Below are positions 52,480-64,000 of a stretch of 64,000 nucleotides of DNA, piece by piece. The notes below the pieces were generated by a model, which was given only the letters and a program-made list of their open reading frames with translations, had not been told where the DNA came from and searched no databases. The stretch's first letter is position 1, and every line of letters starts with the position of its first letter. This stretch comes from Octopus vulgaris (taxonomy: Eukaryota), in assembly GCA_951406725.2 (NCBI GenBank), contig OX597822.1, forward strand, positions 55,986,001 through 56,050,000, in the 5' to 3' direction. The position numbers and the translations under genes were made by a program.

Positions 52480-53460
52480 AATGTACAAGATCTCTCACAC
52501 TTCACAAATCTAACAAAAGCATCATATTTTAGAGACCTTGCACACTGAAAAAGGACACACTATGTGTAGCACCAAGTTGAACGCATCTGATCCCAGGTAT
52601 ATCGGATTCGGAGGTACACATATCAAGTTATGTACTACACATAAGTGAACATAGAATAGAGAAACAGTGAAGACCTGGCAACAAACGTCCTCCTCTCCCG
52701 CTCCATCACAGGGTGCGACACATGTGATCGGCCTCAATTTGATCATAGGCAATACCTACTGTCCTCCTGACTCACCTGACCACGGAGAACACTAGAGATT
52801 CTTTATCTTTATCACTGATAAGTCAAAACTAAGTCAAGCAAGCCCACAGGCCAATGTACTTATAACGGGAAACTTTAATTCTCCTAGTCTCAGCTATCTT
52901 GAGTGCTAGATCTAACCTGGAACAAAGCAACTGAACAAGAAGGATATGAACGCTCACCCTCGATACTTCAAGATTTTCTCCTAACACATCCGGTCTCATA
53001 GAAGAAATTGAAGACTTACAAAGAACATTCACAAGCAAAATAACTTAGGTTGAAAGCCTTAATCACTGAGAACATCTGAAAGCTCTGTGTCTCTACTCCC
53101 TTGAACACCGAAGAGAGGGATATATTATCATATACGTATGGAAAAACCTGGAGGGGCATGTTCTAGACTTCAGCATGAGAGAATTTTAATGCACGAACTG
53201 GTAGATACTGTCAGATCCCAAATATTCCATCTTTGAAATCACGAAATAAATTCTTAGTTGTACTTGACTGATACTCAGAGATCCTCAACTGTTCAACTGT
53301 CTACCTAAAGGAATTAGAAATATAAAACGAACCTGTACTGAAACATTAAAAAAAAAACATTGGATAAACTCTTAACGACAATACCGAATCAACAAACCAT
53401 TCTCCTCTGGGAGGATCAGTAGCTACAAACTCAATCATAGACCAACTTCCAGCCATACAG
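52480..53460 (+). mobile_element. Decayed CR1/Jockey-group LINE 3' end
   Basis: EIEDLQRTFTSKI..HLKALCLYSLEHRREGYIIIYVWKNLEG..PQLFNCLPKGIRNI..LDKLLTTIP..ATNSIIDQ. The 5' limit is uncertain. Confidence 0.75.
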
Positions 53461-53602
53461 TGACAACAAAACTGAGAAAATAAATTAAGGCCGTAGTCCT
53501 ACAATTAAAGTCATTAAAAGAATAAAAGTATATATACATGTATATATATAAGCACATATTGCGTCCTATTTATGTTACTTGTACTAACAAAGCGCAAACA
53601 TA

Positions 53603-53985
53603 CAGTACTCCGGTTGTTGGTCCGTAACAGACTGCTTTGATTATCAATGATTATCAATGTTACTGTCATCCTGGAGCTTTCTGCTAACATATCCATGCAT
53701 GGTCTTCTTCTCATATGGGCTCATCCTTCCATCAGATGATACGTTTCGGTAGATTCGTGCGACATCTTTGGGCATGTAGTCTAGGTTATCAGACAAAAAT
53801 GTTGCTCAAGGAGCTGCCTTCCAAGTTTTATGATGTTATCTGCCTCATATGTTGGATATATATTCAAAGTTATCAGACAAGGAATGTTGTTCGAGGAGTT
53901 GCTTTTCAAGTCTCATGATGTTAACTGTCTCGTGAATGCAAACCTGGTCAAGGGGTGCACTTCGATACTTAGTAGTTAAAAGATG
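53603..53985 (-). mobile_element. Internal fragment of the same R4-type LINE family as 23790-26323
   Basis: Reverse complement aligns to about 25330-25620 (GGAAGGCAGCTCCTTGAGCAACATT, ATGGAAGGATGAGCC, ATGCATGGATAT). Confidence 0.8.
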
Positions 53986-56900
53986 TTGCCGAAGTATGTA
54001 CGTACGTATTTATTCAGTATATTTCATTATCTCCCTATTAACATCCACATTCCGTTTGCAACGATAGGCCTCCTTGTTCCAGTCGATGTCTCAAAATATT
54101 GTCCGTATTATATTGTTATTGGGCGTGCTGTGTTTATTGCCGCTTTAAATTATTTTCAAACATGAATCATGAGAACACAGTTTTCTATGTTATTCTCATT
54201 CGTCATCAATCCTATTTCCCTAGACGTCAACTTCGGTTTCTTCTAACAATCGGGAAATGATTCGAATTCGGTGTCTGGTATCAAGTTTTTACTAGAATAT
54301 GTTATATATCTGATGAGTTTTTCTCTCTCTTTTCTTTTCCAATTAATATGGATTCTGTGATTAATTTTCCCGATGTATTTTCTATATTCTATATATCAAG
54401 ATATTTAAGGGTTATAGGAACACCATTTATCTCCCATTCTTTAAATCTCTATCACACTTCTCTTCAATTTTCTTTCTTTTAACACTTGTGTTTCTTACTT
54501 TTTCCTTCGGGGATAATTGTTTTTCTTATAACGTTGCTGTAATATTTTATTTAGTATTTGTTTTTTCTCTCAGGCGTATATATTTTCAATATTTATGGTT
54601 ATCATTGTATATATATCGATTGTGTATTCCTACCATATACAAACCATCATTTCAAAATCTATTATCCACATTATGTCTTTGTAAGGCTTAATGTTTATAT
54701 TAAATTTGAAACGATTAAAGACAGCTCTACTCTTTATATTTTTGTTTGTTAGTTTTATCATTTTTTCCCCCGAAATTATCGTCATTTATCGAGTTAAAAG
54801 GTCTTTTTCTTTCCTTATGATAGCTTATACGTGAGTGAATAGAAAAATTCATATTTTATCATGCGTTAACGTTATTTAACATTTAATTGCTCACTTGGAA
54901 GTTGATAGGGAGCTTATATTCCTAACTATTACTACCTTGTGGGGAACGAAAAGGGCACAAGGGCACAGAATTGCTGAAATACTATTTATTTTTCTGGAAC
55001 GTAAATGGCATAAAATCCACCCCTTGAAGAGTAAATGGAGCAGTAATTGATAAGATTTAGATAATTTCATTGAAGTGTTATCAAATTTACCAAAGAGAAC
55101 CAAATTTGTCAAACTGATTATTTTACAGGCCATTTACAGAATTCTAGGCTTCTGAATTGCTATCCAACAGGAAGCATTTAATTGCACCTTCTTCATAGTA
55201 TATAAATAATGCCAGTCAATTATTGGCTGCAATGGAATTTGTGTTCTACGTATTTTGATAATGTTTTGAGGTATTGTATATCTAGCATGCTTTTGACTTA
55301 TGTAATCGACTGTAGTAAAAAAGGAAAACGTAACCCTTCTTCAAAGTCATATAATCTGGGTGAAATTATTAATTGTGATGTGTCTTACTGTCATAGCCAA
55401 GCACCAATGATGGTGAGCTTACTAAATGCTGACATTGTCACAAAGCTTGAGCATTCATTTGTCGATTCGAACTTATTTTTGCAATCCCCCCTTTTATTGT
55501 ACACAGATAATATACATAGTAACGAAGCGCATACAGTTACACTGACTAACTTAAGCACTTAGTTTTATGGAAAAATTCGATATGGGATAGTTATGCTCTT
55601 AATTACTGTTCTATCAAGTTTTATGTTGCGGTGCATTGCACTGGTTCCTTGTTTTAAATTCATGACCTATCCAAAATTGTCAAATTTGTATTGCCCATAA
55701 AACCATTAGAGTCGTAAAGTTTACAATTGAATTTGTGGATTGCATTGCTTATTTATGGACTGCGATGCATTTTACGTTCGGCTTTTGTCTATTTTTTATT
55801 ACGCGTTCATCTATTGTATGTACAGTTTGTACATATTTAGAAATTTAGCGCTTGATATATAATTACTGCGTACAAGTTTGTATACGGGTACTTAATTTTA
55901 TCCTGTTGATTTCTTTATCTTGTAATTTATTTAGAAAGGAGGTTCTTTCAAGTAGAGATTTCACTACTGACATTTTATAAGTGTTGAAATTCAGTGCCTC
56001 CATGAAACTACATACATTTATTTATTAATAGTGTAAAATGAGGTGATATGTTTGTTAATGTTTATCTCAGTGTTAATGACTAGAAATAAAGTTCATGTAT
56101 CATTATGATTTCAATTTAAACTGCTCTAGAAATTGAATTTTAGAGCAGAGTCCTTATTTGAACCATTAAATCTGTATCTCTCACTCTTTCTCTCTCTTTT
56201 TCTCCCCCCTCTCTCTCTACCTTCTCCCATGCATATTTACACATAATCCACATCATGTACGAATACACATGTATGCACACATAGGTATATATACACACGT
56301 ATGTGTGTACATGTATATATGTATATTCAATTGATATATACGAATATATACCTAGCGCCTGAATAAGCGTTTTAAGTTAAGGAAACTAAAACAGTTGAAC
56401 AAAAAATAAAGTAATAGAAATAAAAGAGAAAGAAACATCACATTTAAGAATGACTCATAAGGTTTTAATGATTTATTCTGTCTCCTTATATTGGAAATAT
56501 TAATTTTATGTAATCAAACCAGTGTGTCAGTGAATATAACCGACAGTATGAACTGTAAATTATTATAAAAACCTTAATAAGATAAAATATTCAGTCGATA
56601 AATATCAAAGCTGAGTACGTTGTTGCTTTGTATAAAAAAAGAGCTAAGTATAATATTTAATCGTGTAACCTAGGTGGGCCCTCATAGAGGAGACTTATTT
56701 TCAAAAGTATTCCATCTTTGATCAGCCCTTCATTTTAGTTGGTATAGCATATCTAGAACTAGATTATAAAATGTTTGTCTAATTTATACCTTAACTTATG
56801 AAGGCAGGCAGTACTTATGACATTTAAGTTCCCAGAAACATCTAAGGTTTCAAGGGGTGATGTTAAATCGGGTGACGCGTTAAATCTTCAAACTTAATTT

Positions 56901-58153
56901 GACTATGGTGGGATTTGAACTGAGAAAGCAAAGATTAGGATCAAATACTGCAAGGTATCACGCCCGACGTTTTCTTATAGTTCAACTAAATCGATCCACC
57001 ACGTTAGATTGATGCTTTTTTATTGACTCTTAACGAATGAAAAGCAAAGTTGATCTCGGAGGGATTTGAACTGCAAAGAGTCGAAACAAATACCCGGAGG
57101 ATTTTATTCGACGCTCAGATGAATCCACGAATTCGTACTTCTATTTTAAGATGATAGAGTGTGTCTTTTGACAGAAATTTGACTGCAATATTCAGAAACT
57201 GAAATAATTAGGTAGTAGCTTTGCTGTCAGATTTGTCAGTAATTTGTATGCTGATGTTTAGAGCAACAATGTTGTTTTCGTGAAACATTCTAAAGCGAGA
57301 GCTCACTGGTGAATGTCATAAGAGAGTTTATCGCTAATGAATCTGGCTAACAGGAAGACTTACTGGTGATCAGAGTGATTCAATGTGATGTAGAACCTCA
57401 TTGTTAATAACCGTTTTCATTACATTGGATAAAATACAAGTGCAGAAGGTAATCAACATGATAGTTGGCTGGGTGGAGGGGTTGACTTTCTTAAGAATTA
57501 AATACACAGGAGCATGCTTCCAAATTCAGAGAACATCGCCGTGCGAAGTTAGAAATTAAAGATTTTGGTGAGGGTAGGTGTAAGTTCTAGGGCTCATTAA
57601 GTGTAATAGAAAGGATACTGCCAAAGTCAGTGGCTTGGTCTTAAAAATGCAAATAGAGTTACTTCTGCATTTGGCAAGTAAATATGCGAAGTGAGAAATT
57701 CTTTGGACCTGAAAGGAATAGATTTGAATGGGAGTGGCCAAGGATGTATAGTACGGAATTGGGTGCGAAGAAAACAATAAAATCGGCTTTCTGGACGGAA
57801 GAAGTAATAATACTTGTTTGGGAGTGGAGGAAAAGAGGATTCCACAAAAATGATGAGGATGCTTTTGGCAAGGGATAAGAAGAAAACGACTGCAGTTCCA
57901 AAGATGGAATTTAAGGGCCGATAAAGTACACAGCTTAACCCCATTGGGAAATGTAAACGAAGTGGCTACACAACAGGTTTTATCTGCCAGTGAACACTGA
58001 TTTCATTAGATATTCAGTCAACAACATTACACGTCTTTCATTCACGGAAAGATTCGTATGTTTTGGCCATTTATACTTGCATAAAATATTTGAGAGAGCT
58101 GCATAACATTGTGTACGCTGACAACGTGAAATAATTCACACACACATACGCAT

Positions 58154-58219
<66 letters not shown>

Positions 58220-58305
58220 GCAGCAATACATACACGCATACGCACACAGACAGATAGATTAATAGATTGGCAGATAGATAGAAAGGTAAATAGACTGATA
58301 GATGG

Positions 58306-58360
<55 letters not shown>

Positions 58361-58878
58361 CTGCGTGCAAAGAGAGTCAACAAGCAGTAGAAAACTCGGT
58401 CAGTTATGAGAGTAAATATATTAATAATTAAAAACACACAAGAAAAAACATAAAATTTAACTACCCAGGGTTTCCTGACTGGAATAATAAATGTATTTTG
58501 CTATTTCTCAAGCTCATAATGTCAACATGTTGTGTTAATAATTCCGAACATGTTAAGTGATATATAAACAATACATACGGAGTTGCTAACCCACTCTTTA
58601 AATATACCAGCTTGAAAAATGGCGAAATAAATTTAATATGCCGGTCAGAAAACCATGGGTAATTGAATTTCAGATGCGTTTTGCGTGGTTTTAACACACA
58701 CACACACACACACACAAAAACAAACAAACAAACAAACAAATACATTGAATGTGCGAATTTTGCTAAGTGCAACGAACGAAACGCTTAACCCTCGAGTCAC
58801 TTATGTGACATTACAGCTGGATAAATACTATATACTCAATATAATGAGCTCTATTCTTTCTATATTTTTAACCCCACC

Positions 58879-58926
<48 letters not shown>

Positions 58927-59080
58927 AATATGTTACATTACTCGATAGTCAAGATAAAACCCTGAGTTTCAGATGCCGAAGTGGAAATCCACGACACCAT
59001 CTCTTTGGTTATCTGGCTATTTTCCTCTATTTACATAATATTGAGGTCTCTTTCTTTCTTTTGTTATCTTACCGTTTTTA

Positions 59081-59135
<55 letters not shown>

Positions 59136-59224
59136 GTATATGTTTGTATGTGTTTGGAAACTTATATATGTGTGTATATATGTATGTATGTATACACACG
59201 CATACATATACATATATAAATATA

Positions 59225-59637
59225 CAGGTTATCCCAAAATTAAATATCGATTTCAATGGAATCGAGCAAATTTGAAAAGAACTGACAGAATTTTGTTTAT
59301 TACTTGGTTATGATACCAAAACAAATGGATTTATAAATTTTACGTCAAAATTTGATTGAAAATTTTCCACACATCCTCCGTCTGTATCCTTGCAAATTTC
59401 GAATTTACTCTTAGTGTTGCGAAACACATTTTGAAGCTTTTCAGGAATTAACTCCTGCTCACTGAATGCATTCTTGAAGTCTCCAGCAAGACTATTGTGC
59501 CACCCTGAGAAAAAATGTTAGCAGCCAAATCAAAAAAAAAAAAAAAAAAAGCGGGAAAAATTGGGAATAAGATTAAAGTTTATACACATTAGACATAATT
59601 AAAAGTGAGTTTTTAAAAAAAATTGCCCGACATCCTG
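59225..59637 (-). mobile_element. Tc1/mariner deletion derivative
   Basis: TA-CAGG...CCTG-TA ends with degenerate TIRs. Minus strand encodes LQNVFRNTKSKFEICKDTDGGCVE, resembling a transposase C-terminus. Confidence 0.55.
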
Positions 59638-59879
59638 TATATACACACATACAAACATGCATAAATACGTACATATAAACACACATATATATGTGTATAT
59701 ATGTGTAGGTGTATATATGTGTAGGTGTATATATGTGTAAGTGTATATATGCCAAGGTTTTTGTATATATTTCTGCCGATAAAAATTTCATTAACTAACC
59801 ATTACCTGACGCTATAGTAGAAAACACTTATTCAAGGTGCCAAGTAGTTGAAGCGAACTCGAAAATATGTGGTTATGAA

Positions 59880-60287
59880 GCAGGAGTGGCTGTGTGGTAA
59901 GTAGCCTGGTTACCAACCACATTGTTCTGGGTTCAGTCCCACTGCATGGCTCCTTGGGAAAGCGTCTTCTACTATAGCCTTGGGCCGACCAAAGCCTTGT
60001 GAGTAGATTTGGTAGACGGAAACTGAAAGAAGCCTGTCGTATATATGTTTATATGTATATATATGTGTGTGTGTGTATGTGTTTGTGTATGTTTTTGTCC
60101 CCCCAGCATCGCTTGACAACCGATGGTGGTGTGTTTACATCCCCATAACTTAGCGGTTCGGCAAAAGAGACCGATAGAATAAGTACTGGGCTTACAAAGA
60201 ATAAGTCCTGGAGTTGATTTGCTCGACTAAAGGCGGTGCTCTAGCATGGCCGCAGTCAAATGACTGAGACAAGTAAAAGAGTAAAAG
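59880..60287 (+). mobile_element. Full-length CORE-like tRNA SINE
   Basis: Highly similar to 63558-63998. Confidence 0.9.
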
Positions 60288-61429
60288 CGTAAGCAAACAT
60301 CCTAACCATATTTCGACTTTAGAAATTACCTCCAGTAACTTTTAATTTCTATCTAGGGACCACCAGTTTATGGGTCCTGCAGCTACCTCTGTGCTCTGTA
60401 GTTCGCATATATAGACACTCGTTCCGAATACCGAATTCCTTCATTTCAAAGTTGACCACTACAAATGTTCATCCATATTACTGATCGAGTATTTGTTTTG
60501 TTTCTTTGTTTTGTTGTTGATGTTGTTATTTTTCTTACTGTTATTGACGTTAAAGATGGTAGCAATGTCCTGACTAGTTTCAACTCATTGATATATTAAT
60601 AGCTATAAGCTATTAATTTCTCCGTGGGTGGAAAGTGTCGGAAGAGAAAATAGGTAAGACAATCCCAGTACCACAGAGAGATATAAAAATTTTTTTCTAA
60701 ATATTTGTTTACATTTCACAGCACTGCTAAAATTCTAGGCGTACACACATTAATTTTCATCTTGTCCAATAAAGTCGGTGTAGTATAACTAACTGATACA
60801 CCATCTATTCTCTTAACCGATCAATTAGAAGCATTCTCATCGGCTCATAAGAAAATATTTTCCACCCCTAACTATTGTTCTTTTGAAAAGCTGGTACTAG
60901 AACTACAATATTTGTAGTAGCCGTTCACACTTTTCGAGATTATAGGGCATTGATTCTTAAACAGTTTTCCCACAAGGAGCATCTAAAGGTACCACAATGT
61001 TTTCAAAAGCTTACGTACAATTAATGGCATTAAAACATACTTATATTTGAGCCTCTTGAAAAACATGTCATTCTTAATGTTATTACACATGCATGTAATT
61101 AAAAGCATAAAACTTGTGTGATAGTCTTCTACCATGGCCTACTATTTAGGCTTATTAAATCCTTGTGAGTGAATTTGGTTGACGGAAAATATAGAGGTCC
61201 GTCGTCTCACCCACCGTTTGGAAACATGTCTTGGTTTTATTTTTTACTCTTTTACTTGTTTCAGTCATTTGACTGCGGCCATGCTGAAGCACCGTCCACA
61301 AATCAACCATCCATTAACAGCCTGACCATCTGGATGCTGGGACCTAACAATGTAGAGTGAATTCACTCGCTGACCTGCACACGAGAGAACGTAGTAAAGA
61401 GTAATACACAAGAGGGGACATAATTAAGA

Positions 61430-61655
61430 GTAAAGTAAAGTTCCTTCCCGAGTCATATAGACTTATACGGCTGGTTTCCTGGTTTCCATAGCGTATACAT
61501 TCCTACCTGAACGGGACGCCGATCCGTAGCAAGATTATTCATTTTTGCTAAAAGTGTGGACTTGAAAAACGTGAAAAAAAGTGTTTTGCACAGGAATCGA
61601 AACCACAATCTTACGACCATGATCCAACACTCTAACCACCAAGCCACGCGCCTTC
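61430..61655 (-). mobile_element. tRNA-derived SINE
   Basis: Minus-strand head GGCGCGTGGCTTGGTGGTTAGAG...GGTTTCGATTCC; tail related to 27085-27365. Confidence 0.65.
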
Positions 61656-62177
61656 ACCATTTCTACCAGATGAGATTAAAAATAGTAGAACATACTGGAT
61701 ATCAATTACATTGGTAGGCGGTGGGGGCGAGTCTGTGGATACATTTGTGGCTGTATAGGCCTGTCTTGGAGAAGCACGTACCACCAGACAGGCCACACAA
61801 AAGGGGCCGTTTCGTGCCCTTCTCTGAGAGAGGGTTCACATTCTCCATACATTTACCAGCACGTTTCAACCAATTGTTAGCAACTCCGTTGTTTCTGAAT
61901 CCTTTGACAACATCAACAATCAGATTACTCTATACACACGGACACACAGACATGCAATCGCGCAAACACACAGACACAAACAGTGTTCCTTCGTTTGAGA
62001 GGTGAGTGTGTTTGTGTGTGCGTTCTCTTGGGTCTAAAATCCTTTTTGGTCCCAAATTGATGCAAATGGAACAGCTCATCTCCAAGTAACCGGTTTAACG
62101 TGTAAACGGTGAACGGTATCATTGAATCGGTTGTCTGAATAAGTCTTTAACGGAGTAGAGAATTATGTAGTAAGGTG

Positions 62178-62431
62178 GAAGAGGAAGAGGAAGCGGAGGA
62201 GGAGAAAAGGAAGCAGCAGCAGCAAAAGAAGAAGAAGAAGAAGAAGAAGAAGAAGAAAAAGAAGAAGAAGAAAAAGAAGAAGAAAAAGAAGAAGAAAAAG
62301 AAGAAGAAGAAAAGTAGAAGGAAAAGAAATAGATGAAGTTGAAGACAAAGAAATACAAAAAAAAGATTTATACAAAGAAAAAGAAGAAAAAGAATAAGAA
62401 TAAGAAGGAGAAGAATTATGATGATGATGAT

Positions 62432-62492
<61 letters not shown>

Positions 62493-62615
62493 GTGATGGT
62501 GGTTGTGGTAATAATGGTGGTGCTGGTGGTGGTGCGGTTGGTAGTGGTAGTGGTGGGGATGGTGCTGGTAGTGCTGGTGGTAGTGGTGGTTGTGGTGGTG
62601 CTGCTGCTGGTGTCG
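62178..62615. repeat. Compound (GAA)n/(GAT)n/(GGT)n microsatellite
   Basis: Direct read. Confidence 0.9.
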
Positions 62616-62796
62616 GTGTTTTCAGCGTTTTGAACTGTATAACAAGACAGGTGATTGATAGATTGAGTGGATGATGATGGAGAATATTAAAAACGCAAGA
62701 CAGAAAGGAACTGAGCGGGGCTGGGTGAGAAAAATATAAAAACAACACAACTGTAAAGTTTAGAGAATTAGTAAAAGTATTATCATTAGATCACTG

Positions 62797-63010
62797 AAGG
62801 TGGTGAGCATGCATGATGGTTAGCGCTTAGGACAAAATGCTAAACAAACATTTATTCCGGCTCTATATTCCGAATGCAAATTACGACAAGGCCAAGTTTG
62901 CCTTTTAACCCTTCGGGTCAGTGAAACAGTGGGAATCAAATGCCGGGGTTAACATAATCGATTTGTCCCCTCTTCTCAAAATTACTGGCCTTGTATCAAA
63001 ATTGGAAACA
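62797..63010 (+). mobile_element. Decayed Meta-domain SINE
   Basis: GGTGGTGAGC..CAAAATGCTAA..TTTGCCTTTTAACCCTTCGGG..AAATTACTGGCCTTGTATCAAAATTGGAAAC. Confidence 0.55.
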
Positions 63011-63557
63011 ATTAGTATTATTTGACCCCACACCCCCAGTGAACCTTAATCGGATCGAGTTCTCATGAAAGATATTCCAACCGTAATTATCCTGCTTTAT
63101 TTTTAACATAATACATCTACATCTACATTATCCAATATCTGATTAAAGCAATAGGGTTTAACTGCTATTTCTAGCAGATCAGGCAACCACATAAGGATTC
63201 ATAAGCTAGGGCCCTGGCGCGGGGACGCCATTAATGTGGTTTTATTGGATATAGTGGAGTCTCATTCTTCTTAGACACAAGTCAGCCCTGATTGACCTTC
63301 TCAAAAGCGTTCCAGCCATGATCACCCAGACATGACCATTGCCGACATGAGCGTAAGATTTCTTTGTTGAGATTGTGTTGTTTAGCCCCTGGTCTGGCCT
63401 CATTGAGCAGATCTATGATTAAAGATCCTGCAGGCCAAGACTCACCCGCCTGATTCATTTTTCCGTTATTTATTCTAGGTGCAATTTCAGGTATATTTAG
63501 CTGCTGTTATTAGTAATCGTTGTGGTGGCGCTGGGTACCATTTTGATTACACTCACA

Positions 63558-63719
63558 GGCGCAGGAGTGGCTGTGTGGTAAGTAGCTTGCTTACCAACCA
63601 CACGGTTCCGGGTTCAGTCCCACTGCGTGGCACCTTGGGAAAGTGTCTTCTACTATAGCCTCGGGCCGACCAAAGCCTTGTGAGTGGATTTGGTAGACGG
63701 AAACTGAAAGAAGCCTGTC

Positions 63720-63769
<50 letters not shown>

Positions 63770-63998
63770 ATGCATATGTGTGCGTGTGTTTGTGTGTCTG
63801 TCTTTGTCCCCCCAACATCGCTTGACAACCGATGCTGGTATGTTTACGTCCCCGTAACTTAGCGGTTCGGCAAAAGAGACCGATGGAATAAGTACTCGGC
63901 TTACAACGAATAAGTCCTGGGGTCGATTTGCTCGACTAAAAGGCGGTGCTCCAGCATGGCCGCAGTCAAATGACTGAAACAAGTAAAAGAGTAAAGAG
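63558..63998 (+). mobile_element. Full-length CORE-like tRNA SINE with internal (TA)n/(TG)n tract
   Basis: A box TGGCTGTGTGG, B box GGTTCAGTCCC, CORE-like GGCACCTTGGGAAAGTGTCTT, conserved 3' body and an (AGTAAAAG)n tail. Confidence 0.9.
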
Positions 63999-64000
63999 AA

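Noticed and set aside
54150-54760. Possible minus-strand PLE thumb remnant (LKYLDI..GKL)
   Set aside because: A single weak motif in low-complexity DNA.
54880-55560. Repeat-poor segment with 80- and 117-aa ORFs as a host exon
   Set aside because: No recognisable protein motif or consistent splice-site pair. It would need RNA-seq or conservation data.
57480-57980. Possible LINE APE-endonuclease remnant on the minus strand
   Set aside because: Only a vague FLRP motif; not supportable.
61745-61800. Hairpin GGCCTGTCT...AGACAGGCC as a structured RNA
   Set aside because: An isolated 9-bp stem with no other support.
63558-63625. tRNA genes at SINE heads
   Set aside because: A/B boxes are present, but there is no full cloverleaf and they run into SINE bodies.

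Overview
AT-rich, microsatellite-dense eukaryotic (animal) non-genic DNA. The SINE families and (TA)n/(CA)n/(TAA)n density suggest an octopus or other coleoid cephalopod (inference). No intact host gene can be supported, and most track ORFs are microsatellite read-through. The window is a patchwork of decayed transposons: a Gypsy LTR remnant, R4/Dong-type, RTE and CR1-type LINE fragments, Helitrons, Tc1/mariner derivatives, Penelope-like elements (PLEs) and at least three tRNA-derived SINE families. The main unexplained signal is a set of minimal type I hammerhead ribozyme (HHR) motifs from several unrelated sequence families, sitting in non-coding repeat architectures. These are: (i) a 5.5 kb near-perfect palindrome (29766-35298) with an HHR facing outward at each end, nested in the TA tract of a split SINE; (ii) a 603-nt-period direct repeat with an HHR in each unit plus an inverted cap (40801-41942), which looks like a retrozyme; (iii) an older head-to-head pair (21835-22620); and (iv) an HHR at the 3' end of a decayed RT + GIY-YIG Penelope-like element (37030-39375), the kind of autonomous partner such RNAs would need. 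All motif calls were read by eye; none was computed or searched.
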